NCBI GenBank assembly: GCA_010909165.1
Contig: VJWM01000172.1
Span: 451,777-515,776 of the forward strand
DNA from: Anthoceros angustus
Taxonomy: Eukaryota > Plantae > Anthocerotophyta
DNA: 64,000 nt
Reading direction: 5' to 3'
The notes beneath the pieces are model-generated. The model did not search any database. It was given only the letters and a program-made list of their open reading frames with translations, and was not told the DNA's origin. The position numbers were made by a program, and so were the translations under genes. Of this stretch, positions 40,469 to 54,714 are shown in pieces. The number at the start of each line of letters is the position of its first letter. Position 1 is the stretch's first letter.

Positions 40469-42502
40469 TTCATCAAGGATTTTGCCAAGAAGGCGGCCTC
40501 GTTGTGTGATTGACCAAGAAGGACATGCCCTTCAAATGGGAGAGCCAAGGCATGAAGCCTTCGCTAGCTTGAAGGATAGCTTGGTGAGCGCACCAACACT
40601 ACAACCACCGATTGGAAAAACCGTTCCATGTGTACGTAGATGCGCTTATTGGACTATCTTAAGCGGAAGGACGGAAGAAGCGGGATCATCCAATTTTCTA
40701 TCTTTGGCGGGCAACTTATGGATCTTGAGAAATTATTCAACCACCGAGAGGAAGGTCTTAGCATCATATACTCTTGTAAGAAGTTTAGACACTAGCATGC
40801 TTGCTTGTAAGGTGACGCCATTTATGTTGAAAGTACCTTGTGAACAAGCTAGATTTATGTGAAGGATTGCTAGGTCCTGCTTGCCGCAAGAGTTTGATTT
40901 TGATGTAGAAACCCAAAGCCAAGGAAGCAATATATGAATGCCAATTTTGTTGCCCTCGAAAATTGGAAAATGGAAAATGGATTTTAGCCACCGATGACGC
41001 CCCATTTCCCGACGAGCTAGTAGCAATGAGCGATTAGGGGAGAGGATTGTGAGCAAAGTACACATTTGATTGAGGTCAGGCAAAGAAGAGGTGTTGCGGA
41101 AGGACCAAATGTACATGGAAGGTTTTGCAGTGATTTGTCATAGAGGACGATCTAGAGTTCGAGATGAAGTAAAGAGCAGCAAAGATGGGTGCAAGGAGGA
41201 GCAAGGTATGCTCTTTAAGTGGAAGGGCTGCAAGTGGAGGCTACAAGCGTTGGCAAAAGGATGTGGAGAAACACAAGAAATCGCAATTTGAAGGAAGGAG
41301 AGGTGGCACACAAAATGGTGTGCCTCATGAGGAGGTGTGTGCGCCTGGAGCGGCGAGTAGCTCCATTGGTGGTGTATGGAGAAGATTGTGGAGAAACCAT
41401 CCGAAAGAGTGCTTGCGGTGGACCGAAGAAAGAGCGTCGACAAGTCCACGGTCGATCACATGGCTGGAAAACGCAGCAATGTGAGGAGATCGCTGAGCTG
41501 CAGGGCTAGGCTGAGACCAGCATAGAGATGAAGAGGCAGCGGCGGCGCAGATGAGCAGTCGATGGCCCCAGTACAGTGCCAGCGGCCGACGCCCAGAAGG
41601 AGCTGGTTTTGCGCCAAGTAGAGGCGAGGCAGCAGACATCCCCAGTGGGCAAACTAGAGGGATCGAGGTACATGGGAAGAGGAGGTCGAGCGTGAAGGAC
41701 TCCCATGTCCACGTATTTGCTAAACGGTGAGGTACCAAGATTCTTAGAGCACGGGATCATGCCTAATGGTTTGTCAAGGAAGGGCGTTTGTTGTTCCTCC
41801 TCGCTACTTATTGTCTCTGAGATGGGGTCTCATACAGCTTGGTCCTATGGGAAGATCCGAGGTTGTTTGAAGAGAAGGAAGCTACTCTCATCATAGAAGC
41901 TTTGCATGCGGAGGCCATTATTTCACAAATTACGATGAAGGAGATCCTAGATGGTGGTTTGGTGGCCACGATGCAGAGGGATGTGGGATTTTGTTGGTGT
42001 GATGCATTCCAACGGGTTGGGAGGCCGACTTTAACTTTGTCAACACAATGGCCTCATACTTATATCCCTTCTTGGCACCTTCGAAGTGGGGCATAGACTT
42101 TGTGGGTCCCATCAGCCCACAAAATGGACAAGGCAGCAATATATTTTGGTGGATACTTGACTACAAAATGGCGAGGTCAAGCAACAAGGAAGGATGCACC
42201 AGTGGCAAAGTTTCTCTTTGAGAACATCGTAACTCGGTATGGGTGTCCTTTGGAGTCGGCCGGTGATAGGGGAACTCATTTTCTCAACTCGGTGATTGAG
42301 TCTTTTACCTCTACCTCAATATCCTGATCGAAGACAACTCATACAATCCCAAGGCAAATGGTTTTGTGGAGAACACGAATGGTTTTGTTGTGTACAATCT
42401 TGACCAAGGTAACTCACACATGTATGATTGGGACACCAAATTGCATTCGGTTTGTGGGCTTGATGCTGGAGAAGGTGACCACCAAGAAGACTCCTATTTA
42501 AC
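40469..42502 (+). pseudogene. Ty3/Gypsy pol fragment
   Basis: AFASLKDSLVSAPTLQPP; VAKFLFENIVTRYGCPLE..DRGTHFLN. Confidence 0.9.
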
Positions 42503-42901
42503 GTGATGAAGAGGGGCACGGGGTTGTTCGTATCCTCCCCTTGAATTTCCCTTGACGTCAAACCTCAACTCCTCATGAGTTTCGGATGCACAATCTTACT
42601 TTCTATTGATCCCGTCACTTGGTAATATATGGAGGAATCGTCAGCACATGGTGTTTGACACGGAGGATGAACTAGGGACTCCGTGGAGATGATCCTCACG
42701 ACCAAGCGCATCAATATATCATATCGAGCCACTTGATTTGTGAAATCATTTGAGTAATCCACCGATCTATTACAACATCCGAAGACATCAAGCGCTTTCA
42801 AAATCTGATCGAATCACTTGACCAACAAAGTATTTGAGTACTCCATTTGATCCATCACAAAATATGAATGAGCTATGCATTTATAGTTGAAACTTGGGTA
42901 A

Positions 42902-43473
42902 ATATAGACTTGAAGATGGTTTTGTTCTCGATGATATATGAATTATCGATAAGTTTTTTTTAGTAAATTATAGTATATTTAATATTGATATTATAACAAA
43001 ACATCATCATAAACATCACAAAAATATTTCCAAGAGATATTGATAATCGTATAACGTTGTTTTACCATTAACTTATAGAATTATCAAAAACTATACCAAA
43101 GATAGACGTGGAAGATATATTACAAATAACCTTCTCGATCACTAGATAAAAGCATAGTAATTTGGCATAAAAGAAGGAAACATAGTAAATATAGAAAGTG
43201 GATTGAGTAAAAGTAATTATTGGGGTAGTTTAGGGTAAATATAATGGGGCATGATAGAACAAAGAACTCTGAGGTAGGATGGGCATCAAGGCGGTGGATC
43301 CATGCTTCCATAAATTCGATGTCGCAAAAAATCTCTTGGAAATATTGTTTGTGATGTTTATGATGATGTTTTGTTATAATATCAATATGAAATACTATAC
43401 AATTTAACAACAAAATAAAAATTCATTAATTCATAATATATCATCGAGAACAAAACCATCTTCAAGTCTATAT
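42902..43473. repeat. Foldback / MITE-like element
   Basis: Same inverted arms. Confidence 0.9.
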
Positions 43474-43776
43474 ATGTATGGTCCCTACACACAAATCACA
43501 AACTATCTTCATATCTATTTCAATCTTTAGAAGGATTCTCATTTTGTTGTCTACAATGATTCCAAGTTTGGCTCTAGCTATGATGATGTTTGTGATGCTA
43601 TCTTGCTTAGCATCAATTTTGTGTCCAAGATTGCTAAGAGGTATTATAATTCTTATATGTGTGTATTCCACTAAAATTCCATTTTAGATATGTATATTAT
43701 GTTGCTCTCAACTAGCTAGTTTATGTTGGTCCGATGTGTTGTTAAACTGGTTGATGTAGAAAAACAAAGGGAATTA

Positions 43777-44103
43777 GGACTACGATTTCACTAGTCCCGA
43801 TCCCCATCCATCTCCCCATTTTCACCCTCTCGCAGCTTTGGATCACGACTTCTGTCTAGATCCTCATCCATCTCCCCATTTTACCTCCAGTGCCGGACCA
43901 CGCCGATTTCTGGTCGGATCCTCATCCATCTCCCCATTTTTCCCTCTCGCAAGCCGATTTCCTGGTCCATCCTCATCCATCTCCCCATTTTTCCCTCCGC
44001 AGGACTATGTTCTCGGTCCGTGATCCTCATCCATCTCCCCATTTTTCCCTCAGCCGACTATGTACTTCTCGGTCGGATCCTCATCCATCACCCCCCAAAT
44101 TTT
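43777..44103. repeat. ~60 bp minisatellite, 6 copies
   Basis: Same core repeat. Confidence 0.88.
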
Positions 44104-45225
44104 GGTATCCCTCCCAAGAATAAGAAGTTGGTGCGTGAATGCTGAAGATATCTATGGGAGCAATTGGCTAGATTGTCTATGTTAGCCAGTTGTTGGTAGG
44201 GACTTCCCTTTGTGTAGGGATTGTTATCCTTCTTCCTTCGGGTGGTCTGTTCTTATGTGCAGCCCTAGTATATATTTGTTGTGGGATATGCTTGTGCCTC
44301 TCGATGGGGCTTTAGGAGGTGAAATTCTCTTCTTTTTATAAAGCATTAAAAATTTGGTGTAACAAAAGTTACTCTCAACCTTACGGTCTCTAATGCGCAA
44401 GTACGAACAATGAGCTCGTTGAATGTGAAGTGGTACTCGCTTAGTCGAATGCTCCAACTCTTGGAATCCTCGACAACGGTGGTTACGCCCCTGCCGAGAT
44501 GGATGCACATTCAAAAATCCGGAGAGATAAATCAATTCAAGAAGGATCCGGCTGAGGCATACTCCTCTTACAATCGCATGTCACAACGAGTTATCTCGAA
44601 TGGCTAATAATAAGAGGCGGTAACTTATCCAGCTAGCAAGCTTGTTCGAGTTCATGGCGGTGCCTGAGTACATGTAGCTCTAGAAGCATCTCCACAAGCC
44701 TTCCAACCACAAGCATTTCGGGACCTTCCATATCAAGAACCTTTGCGCCCGACTGTGAGATCAACATCTTGGATTAGCAGCAAACCAATTCAAGTGCAAC
44801 ATTTACATAGCGATTACTCACATTGCTTGCTTGAAGCAAGAGGACTTCAAAGAAGAGTTTAACTAGTTGCACCTCCACAAGCCTTCGAACGGGAGCGCCG
44901 CACTTCCCTCGAAGCTTTTAGCCCGACTCGAGACTAAACATCCTGGATTGTTGTGCAACAAACCAATTCAAGTACAACATTTACATAGCGATTATCACAA
45001 TTGCTAGCTTGAAAGAGTGGACTTCAAAGAAGAGGCGTAATTGCACCTACACTCCAATTACAGTCATTCTACCCTCATGCAAGCTAAAGATGAATAAAGC
45101 GTATGCTCCGCATGATATAATCGATGAAGGTTGACACCAAACCTTGTTGTCACGGAGACATACCTCAACATCCGGTCACAAGCTGCTCACGGTAGCTATT
45201 GACTACTTAGGCTTGGATTTTCAAG

Positions 45226-47301
45226 TTCATCAAGGATTTTGCCAAGAAGGCGGCCTCGTTGGCTGGATTGACCAAAGGACATGCCCTTCAAATGAGAGCA
45301 GGCATGAAGCCTTTCAAAGATTGAAGGATAGCTTGGTGGCGCACCAACACTACAACCACCGATTAGGAAAACCGTTTCCATGTATGGATGTTCACGCTAT
45401 TGGGACTATCTTAAGCAGGACGAGAAGAAGGATCCAATTTTCTGGCGCAACTTATGGATCTTGAGAGAAATTATTCATGAGGGGAAGGTCTTAGCATCAT
45501 ATACTCTTGTAAGAAGTTTAGACACTACATGCTTGTAAGGTGACGTTCCATGTCGACCATTTTGTGTTAAAGTACCTTGTGAACAAGCTAGATTTATCAG
45601 GAAGGATTGCTAGGTGGGTCCACATGCTGCAAGAGTTTGATTTTGATGTAGAAACCAGGCCAAGGAAGCAACATATGAATGCCAATTTTGTTGTCATTCA
45701 AAATTGGAAAATGGAAAATGGATTGTGGCGAGCCCCATTTCCATTTGACGAGGAGCTAGTAGCGAGGCGTTAGGGGAGAGGATCATGAGCAAAGTACACA
45801 TTTGATTGAGGGCTGCGTGAAGAGGTGTTGAGCGTAAGGACCAAATGCATGGAAGGGGTTTTGTGCGTGAGTTTGCGGAGGACGATCTAGGAGTTCGAGA
45901 TGAAGTAAAGAGCAGCAGCATGGGTGCAAGGAGAGGAGCAAGGTATGCTTTTAAGTGGAAGGGCTGCAAGGAGGCCACAACGTTGGCAAAAGGATGTGGA
46001 GAAAGCAAGAAATCGCAATTTGAAGGAAGGAGGAGGTGGCACACAAAATGGTGTGCCTCATGAGGAGGTGTGTGCTGGAGTCTAGAAGCAGGTAGCTCCG
46101 CATTGGTGGTGTATATGGAGAAGGATTGGAGAAACCACACGTCAAAGAGTGCTTGCGTGGAGTGCAAGAAAGAGCGTCGACAAGTCCACTGGCCGACAGT
46201 AAGTGCGCGAAAACGCAGCAATGTGAGGAGATCTGCTAGAGCGCGGCAGGGCTAGTCATGAGACTAGGCAGGCATAGAGATGAAGAGGCGTGATGGCGAG
46301 AGATGAGGTGTCGATGGCCTCAGGCTGAAAGTGCTTGGCCGTCGCCATGCGGAAGGAGCTGGTTTTGCAAGCCAAGTAGAGGCGAGGCTGTGGCCACAAG
46401 ACCGACATCCCCTAGTGGGCAAACTAGAGGGGCCATGAGTACATGGGAAGAGGAGGTCGGGAGCGTGAAGGACCCCATGTCCACGGTATTTGCTAAACGG
46501 TGAGGTACGAAGATTCTTAGAGCACGGGATCATGCCTAATGGTTTGTCAAGGGAAGGGCGTATGTTGTTCCTCAAAAGCTACTATTGTCTACAGAGATGG
46601 GGTCTCATACAAGCTTGGTCCGATGGGAAGATCAGGGTTGTTTGGAAGAGAAGGAAGCTACTCTCATCATAGAAGCTTTGCATGCGTAAGAGGCCGGAGG
46701 CCATTATTTGGTACAAATTACGATGAAGGAGATCCTAGATGCGGGGTTTTGGTGGGCCACGGCGAGAGGGATGTGTGGATTTTGTCTGGAGGTGTGATGC
46801 ATTCCAACGGGTTGGGAGGCCGACTTTGTCAACACAATGGCCTCATACTTATATCCTACCTTTGGCACCTTTCGAGAAGTGGGGCATAGACTTTGTGGGT
46901 CCCATCAGGCCCCACAAAATGGACAAGGCAAAGAATATATTTTGGTGGATACCATCGCACAAAATGGCGAGGCCAAGCAACAAGGAAGGATGATGCACCG
47001 AGGTGGCAAAGTTTCTCTTTGAGAACATCGTAACTTCGGTATGGGTGTCCTTTGGGTGGCGTGATAGGGGAACTCATTTTCTCAACTCGGTGATTGAGTC
47101 TTTACCTCCTACCTCAATATCCGGCATCGAAAGACAACTCCTTACAATCCCAAGGCAAATGGTTTGACGGAGAACACGGTTTGTTGTACAATCTTGACCA
47201 AGGTAATCACACTCACATGTATGATTAGGACACCAAATTGCATCTAGGTTTGGCCTCTCTGAGTGGAGAAGGTGACCACCAAGAAGACTCCTATTATTTA
47301 A
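45226..47301 (+). pseudogene. Ty3/Gypsy pol fragment
   Basis: VDHFVLKYLVNKLDLSGRIARW; PFEKWGIDFVGP. Confidence 0.9.
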
Positions 47302-47707
47302 CGTCGAAGAGGGGCACGTGTTGCTGTTCTATCCTCCCCTTCAATTTCCCTTGACGTCAAACCTCAACTCCTCATGAGTTTACTGGATGCACAATCTTAA
47401 CTCTATTGATCCTATCTTGACTTGTAATATATGGAGGAAGTCGACGCACATGGTGTTTGACTTTGGAGGATGAACTAGTTTGGGACTCGTGGAGGCAGTA
47501 GATCCTCGACCAAGCGCATCCAATATATCATATCGAGCCTTGATTTGTGAAATCATTTGAGTAATCCACGATCTATTACAACATCCGGAAGACCAAGCGC
47601 TTTCAAAATCTCGGATCGAATCACTTGAGTTGCAAAGTATTTGAGTACCCATTTGATCCATCACAAAATATGAATGAGCTATGCATTTATAGTTGAAACT
47701 TGGGTAA

Positions 47708-48244
47708 ATATAGACTTGAAGATGGTTTTGTTCTCGATGATATATTATGAATTATCGATAAGTTTTTTTATTTTGTTAGTAAATTATAGTATATTTAATA
47801 TTGATATTATAACAAAACATCATCATAAACATCACAAAATATTTCCAAGAGATATTAGCATAATCGGTATAACGTTGTTTTACCATTAACTTATAGAATT
47901 ATCAAAAAATACCAAAGATAGAGCGTGGAAGATATATTACAAATAACCTTCTCGATCACTAGATAAAAGAAGGTAAAGTAATTTGGCATAAAAGAAAGTA
48001 AAAGTAATTATGGGGTAAATATAATGGGGCAAGTGGGGTAAAGAGGCATCAGTAGCGGTGGATCACCCAGTGCCTCAGACAAATTCAGATGCAAAATCTC
48101 TTGGAAATATTGTTTGTGATGTTTATGATGATGTTTTTGTTATAATATCAATATGAAATATACTATAATTTACTAACAAAATAAAAAAATTATCGATAAT
48201 TCATAATATATCATCGAGAACAAAACCATCTTCAAAATCTATAT
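47708..48244. repeat. Foldback / MITE-like element with shortened spacer
   Basis: Same arms; ~60-70 bp missing from the spacer near 47995-48030. Confidence 0.9.
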
Positions 48245-48561
48245 ATGTATGGTCCCTACACACAAATCACAAATCTATCTTCATATATCTATTTCAATCT
48301 ACGAAAGGATTCTCATTTTGTTGTCTACAATGATTCCAAGTTTGTCGATCTATGGCTATGATGATGTTTGTGATGCTATCTTTGCTTAGCATCAATTTTG
48401 TGTCGCAAGATTGCTAAGAGGTATTATAATTCTTTTTATATGTGTGTATTCCATGTATTAAAATTCATTTTAGATATGTATATTATGTTGCTCTCAACTA
48501 GCTAGTTTATGATTTGATGTTGTTAAATCGTGGTTGATGTAGAAAAAACAAAGGGAATTCC

Positions 48562-48851
48562 GGACTCGTGCTTCACGGGTCCCGATCCCCATCCATCTCC
48601 CCATTTTCACCCTCTGCAAAGGACTACGATTCTCGGTCTAGATCCTCATCCATCTCCCCATTTTACCTCTCTTGATGATAGGGACTCATGTACTTCTGGT
48701 CCGGATCCTCATCCATCTCCCCATTTTTTCCCTCTCGCAAAAGCAGGACTATACTTCTGGTCCGGATCCTCATCCATCTCCCCATTTTTCCCTCTGCAAA
48801 GCCGGACTATGTACTTCTGGTCCGGATCCTCATCCATCACCCCCAAATTTT
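48562..48851. repeat. ~60 bp minisatellite, 5 copies
   Basis: Same core repeat. Confidence 0.9.
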
Positions 48852-50002
48852 GGTATCCCTCCCAAGAATAAGAAGTTGGTATAAGGGAGCACGGGAATGA
48901 AGATATCTATGGGAGAATTGGCTAGATTGTCTATGTTAGCTCGGTTGTTGGTAGGGATTTCTACTTCCCTTTGTGTAGGGATTGTTATCCCTTCTTCTCT
49001 GCTTTGTGGTCTGCTTATGTGCAGCCCTAGTATATTTGTTGGGGGATATGCTTGTGCCTCTCGATGGGGCTTTAGGAGGTGAAATTCTCTTCTTTTTATA
49101 AAGCATTAAAAATTTGGTGTAACAAAAGTTACTCTCAACCTTACGGTCTCTAATGCTGCGCACTGTAACAACAATGAGCTCGTTGTTGAAGTGAACGGTC
49201 GTACTGCTAGAATGCTCCAACTCTTGGAATCCCGAGCACGGTGGTTGGCGTCCATGATGGATGCTGGCACATTCAAAAATCCGGGAGAGATAAATCAATT
49301 CAAGAAGGATCCGCTTGAGCATACTCCTTACAATCGCATGTCACGAGTTATCTCGAATGGCTAATAAGAGGCGGTAACTTATCCTAGCCAAAGCTTGTTC
49401 GAGTTCGCGATGTGTGCACGGAGTACATGTAGCTCTAGAAGCATCTCCACAAGCCCCCGAACCACAAGCATTTCCAGGACCTTCCATATCAAGAACCTTT
49501 TGCAGTCGACTCGTGAGGCGAACATCTTGGATTGTGCGACAAACCAATTCAAGTGCAACATTTACATGATTACTCACAATTGCTTGCTTGAAGCAAGAGC
49601 AAGGACTTCAAAGAAGAGCTTAACTAGTTGCACCTCCACAAGCCTTCAGGAGGCACGCACTTCCAGTGACCTTCCTCGTCGAAGCTTTTGCGATCTCGAC
49701 TCTTGAGACTAAACATCCGGATTGTTGTGCAACAAACCAATTCAAGTACAACATTTACATAGCGATTGTTCACAATTGCGAGCTTGAGCAAGAGCGAGGA
49801 CTTCAAAGAAGGCGTAATTGGTTGCACCTACACTCCAATACCATTCTACCCTCATGTGCAAGCTAAAGATGAATAAAGCGTGTATGCTCTGATGATACAC
49901 GATGAAGTGGTTGACACCAAACCTTGTTGTCACGACATACCTCAACATCCAGTTCTCACGCTCGAATGCCGCTTTATTGACTTCTAGGCTTGGATTTTCA
50001 AG

Positions 50003-52098
50003 TTCATCAAGGATTTTGCCAAGAAGGCGGCCTCGTGACGCAGCGATTGACCAAGAAGGACATGCCCTTCAAATGGATGAGCCAAGGCATGAAGCCTTCC
50101 CGATTGAAGGATAGCTTGAGCGCACCAACACTACAACCACATTGGAAAAACCGTTCCATGTGTATAGATGTAAATGCCTACGCTTATTGGGACTATCTTA
50201 AGCCGAAGACGAGAGAAGCGGGATCATCCAATTTTCTATGGCGGGCAACTTATGGATGCCGAGAAATTATTCATTATTCAACCGAGAGGAAGGTCTTAGC
50301 ATCATATACTCTTGTAAGAAGTTTAGACACTACATGCTTGCTTGTAAGGTGACGCTCCATGTCGACCATTTTGTGTTAAAGTACCTTGAACAAGCTAGAT
50401 TTATCGGGAAGGATTGCTAGGTGGGTCTGTTGCTGCAAGAGTTTGATTTTGATGTAGAAACCAGGCCAAGGAAGCAACATATGAATGCCAATTTTGTTGC
50501 CCGTCGAAAATTGGAAAATGGAAAATGGATTGTGGCCACGATGACGCCCCATTTCGCGAGGAGCTAATGTGAGCGGGTTAGGGGAGAGGATCATGAGCAA
50601 AGTACACATTTGATTGAGGTCGGCAAAGCAAGAGGTGTTAAGCGTAAGGACCAAATGTCTGTGGAAGGGTTTTGTGCAGGATTTTGCTGCGAGGAGGACG
50701 ATCTAGGAGTTCGAGATGAAGTAAAAGAGCAGCAGCATGGGTGCAAGGAGGAGCAAGGTATGCTCTTTAAGTGGAAGGGCTGCAAGTGGAGGCCACAACG
50801 TTGGCAAAAGGATGTGGAGAAGCATGAAGAAATCGCAATTTGAAGGAAGGAGGTGGCACACAAAATGGTGTGCCTCATGAGGAGGTGTGTGGCTGGAGTC
50901 TAGAAGCGGAGGTAGCTCCGCATTGGTGGTGTATATGGAGAAGGATTGTGGAGAAACCCGCCAAAAGAGTGCTTGCGGAGTCAAGAAGAAAGAGCGCCGA
51001 CAAGTCCACGGTCGACGTGTAAGTGGCTGCCGTGAAAAACGCAGCAATGTGAGGAGATCGCTAGAGCTGCAGGGCTGGGGCCATGAGACTAGGCAGCATA
51101 GAGATGAAGAGGCGCGATGGCGCTGAGATGAGTGTCGATGGGCCCGCATTATGCCAGTGCAGCCACGCGCCGCAGAAGGAGCTGGTTTTGCTGCCAGAGA
51201 GGCGAGGTGGTACAAGACCGACATCCCTAGTGGGCAAACTAGAGGGGGACGGCGAGGTGTACATGGGAAGAGGAGGTGAGCGTGAAGGACTCCCATGTCC
51301 ACGGTATTTGCTAAACGGTGAGGTCGAAGATTCTTAGAGCACGGATCATGCCTAATGGTTTGTCAAGGAAGGCGTGCGTTGTTCCTCAAAATCGCCTTTA
51401 TTGTCTACGAGATGGGGTCTCATACGCTTGATGGGAAGATCCGAGGTTGTTTGGAAGAGAAGGCTACTCTCATCATAGAAGCTTTGCGTAAGAGGCCGGA
51501 GGCCATTATTTAGTACAAGATGAAGGAGATCCTAGATGCGGTGGTTTTGGTGGGCCACGATGCGAGGGATGTGGGATTTTGTTCGGAGGTGTGATGCATT
51601 CCAACGGGTTGGGAGGCCGACTTTGTCAACACTGATGGCCTCATACTTATATCCTACCTTTGGCACCTTTCGAGAAGTGGGGCATAGACTTTGTGGGTCC
51701 CAGCCGCCCACAAAATGGACAAGGCGAATATATTTTGGTGGATACGGACATCACAAAATGGCGAGTCAAGCAACAAGGAAGGATGATGCACCAGTGGCAA
51801 AGTTTCTCTTTGAGAACATCAGTAACTCGTATGGGTGTCCTTTGAGCGGCCGATAGGGGAACTCATTTTCTCAACTCGGTGATTGAGTCTTTTACCTCCT
51901 ACCTCAATATCCAGATCGAAGACAACTCCTTACAATCCCAAGGCAAATGGTTTGACGGAGAACACGAATGGTTTGTTGTGTACAATCTTGACCAAGGTAA
52001 TCACACTCACATGTATGATTGGGACACCAAATTGCATTCGCTTTGTGGGCCTACAGGATGTGGAGAAGGTGACCACCAAGAAGACTCCTATTATTTAA
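50003..52098 (+). pseudogene. Ty3/Gypsy pol fragment
   Basis: WWATM..WDFVRRCDAFQRVG; YILVDTDITKW; KTTPYNPKANGLTENTNG. Confidence 0.9.
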
Positions 52099-52513
52099 CG
52101 ACGAAGAGGGGCTGATGTCGGGTTGTTCGATCCTCCCCTTGAATTTCCCTGACGTCAAACCTCAACTCCTCATGAGTTTCGGATGCACAATCTTAACAAA
52201 TTTCTATTGATCCTATGCGACTTGTAATATATGGAGGAAGTCGACCAGCACATGGTGTTTGACCCGGAGGATGAACTAGCTGGGACTCCGTGGAGACAGA
52301 GATCCTACACCAAGCGCATCCAATATATCATATCGAGCCACTTGATTTGTGAAATCATTTGAGTAATCCACCGATCTATTACAACATCCGAAGACCAAGC
52401 GCTTTCAAAATCTCGGATCGAATCACTTGAGTTGCCAAAGTATTTGAGTACTCCATTTGATCCATCACAAAATATGAATGAGCTATGCATTTATAGTTGA
52501 AACTTGGGTAAAT

Positions 52514-53123
52514 ATATAGACTTGAAGATGGTTTTGTTCTCGATATATTATGAATTATCGATAAGTTTTTTTATTTTGTTAGTAAATTATAGTATATTTA
52601 ATATTGATATTATAACAAAAACATCATCATAAACATCACAAAAAATATTTCCAAGAGATATTAGCATAATCGGTATAACGTTGTTTTACCATTAACTTAT
52701 AGAATTATCAAAAACTATACCAAAGATAGACGTGGAAGATATATTACAAATAACCTTCTCGATCACTAGATAAACAGAACGGGAAGTAATTTGGCATAAA
52801 AGAAGGTAAACATAGTAAATATAGAAAGTGGATAAGAGTAAAAGTAATTATTGGGGTAGTTTAGGGTAAATATAATGGGGCATGATAGAAGCAACAAGAA
52901 CTCTTCTGAGGTAGGATGGGCCTTTGTTAGTAGCGGTGGATCACCGACAAGTGCCCTATACAAATTCGATGTCGCAAAATCTCTTGGAAATATTGTTTGT
53001 GATGTTTATGATGATGTTTTGTTATAATATCAATATGAAATATACTATAATTTACTAACAAAATAAAAATTATCGATAATTCATAATATATCATCGAGAA
53101 CAAAACCATCTTCAAGTCTATAT
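52514..53123. repeat. Foldback / MITE-like element
   Basis: Same inverted arms. Confidence 0.92.
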
Positions 53124-53440
53124 ATGTATGGTCCCTACACACAAATCACAAATCTATCTTCATATATCTATTTCAATCTTACGAAAGGATTCTCATTTTG
53201 TTGTCTACAATGATTCCAAGTTTTATCTATGGCTATGATGATGTTTGTGATGCTATCTTTGCTTAGCATCAATTTTGTGTCACAAGATTGCTAAGAGGTA
53301 TTATAATTCTTTTATATGTGTGTATTCCATGTATTAAAATTCCATTTTAGATATGTATATTATGTTGCTCTCAACTAGCTAGTTTATGTTGTTGATGTGT
53401 TGTTAAATCTCGTGGTTGATGTAGAAAAACAAAGGAATTC

Positions 53441-53771
53441 GGACTACGCATTCTGGTCCCGATCCCCATCCATCTCCCCATTTTCACCCTCTCCAAAGCC
53501 GGACTACGATTTCGTCTAGATCCTCATCCATCTCCCCATTTTACCCTCTGCAGGACTACGTACTTCTGGTCCAGATCCTCATCCATCTCCCCATTTTTCC
53601 TCGCAGCCGGACTACGTACTTCCCGGTCCAGATCCTCATCCATCTCCCCATTTTTCCCTCTCGCAAAGCCGGACTATGTACTCGGTATCCTCATCCATCT
53701 CCCCATTTTTTCCCTCTCGCAGGACTATGTACTTCCCTGGTCCAGATCCTCATCCATCACCCCCAAATTTT
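53441..53771. repeat. ~60 bp minisatellite, 6 copies
   Basis: Same core repeat. Confidence 0.9.
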
Positions 53772-54714
53772 GGTATCCCTCCCAAGAATAAGAAGTTGGT
53801 ATAAGGAATGAAGATATCTATGGGAACGCAATTGGCTAGATTGTCTATGTTAGCTCCGGTTGTTGGTAGGGATTTCTACTTCCTTTGTGTAGGGATTGTT
53901 ATCCCTTCTTCTCTGCTTTGTGGTCTTGCTCTATGTGCAGCCCTAGTATATATTTGTTGTGGGGATATGCTTGTGCCTCGATGGGGCTTTAGGAGGTGAA
54001 ATTCTCTTCTTTTATAAAGCATTAAAATTTTGGTGTAACAAAAGTTACTCTCAACCTTGGTCTCTAATGCCACGCACAAGTATAACATGAGCGTATCGCC
54101 GCTGAATGTTGAACGGTCGTCGATGGTTGCTCAATGCTCAACTCTTCAAATCCTTAAATCAAGGTGGTTGAGCATTCGCCGATGGACAAAGTAGCATTCA
54201 AAAATCCGTAGAGATAAATCAATTCAAGAAGGATCCACACATTGAGCATACCTCTTCACAATCGCGATGTCACAAACGAATATCCGAATGGCAATGACAA
54301 TTTGAACCAGGATTTTCACAATTAACTAGTTGCAGGACTTCAAAGAACCACAAGCCTTCCAACCGAGGAGGCACTTCAGGACCTTCCTCGTCAAGCTTTT
54401 GCATCCCGACTCTTGAGACTAAACATCTGGATTGTTGTGCAACAAACCAATTCAAGTACAACATTTACATAGCGATTGTTCACAATTGCTAGCTTGAAGC
54501 AAGAGCAGGACTTCAAAGAAGAGCGTAATTGGTTGCACCTACACTCCAATTAATTACTTCTTCTACCTCATGTGCAAGCTAAAGATGAATAAAGCGTGCT
54601 GCATGATACATCGATGAAGTGGTTGACACCAAACCTTGTTGTCACGAGACATACCTCAACATCCGCTCACAGCTCGCCACCGGCCGTATTGCAGCCCTAG
54701 GCTTGATTTTCAAG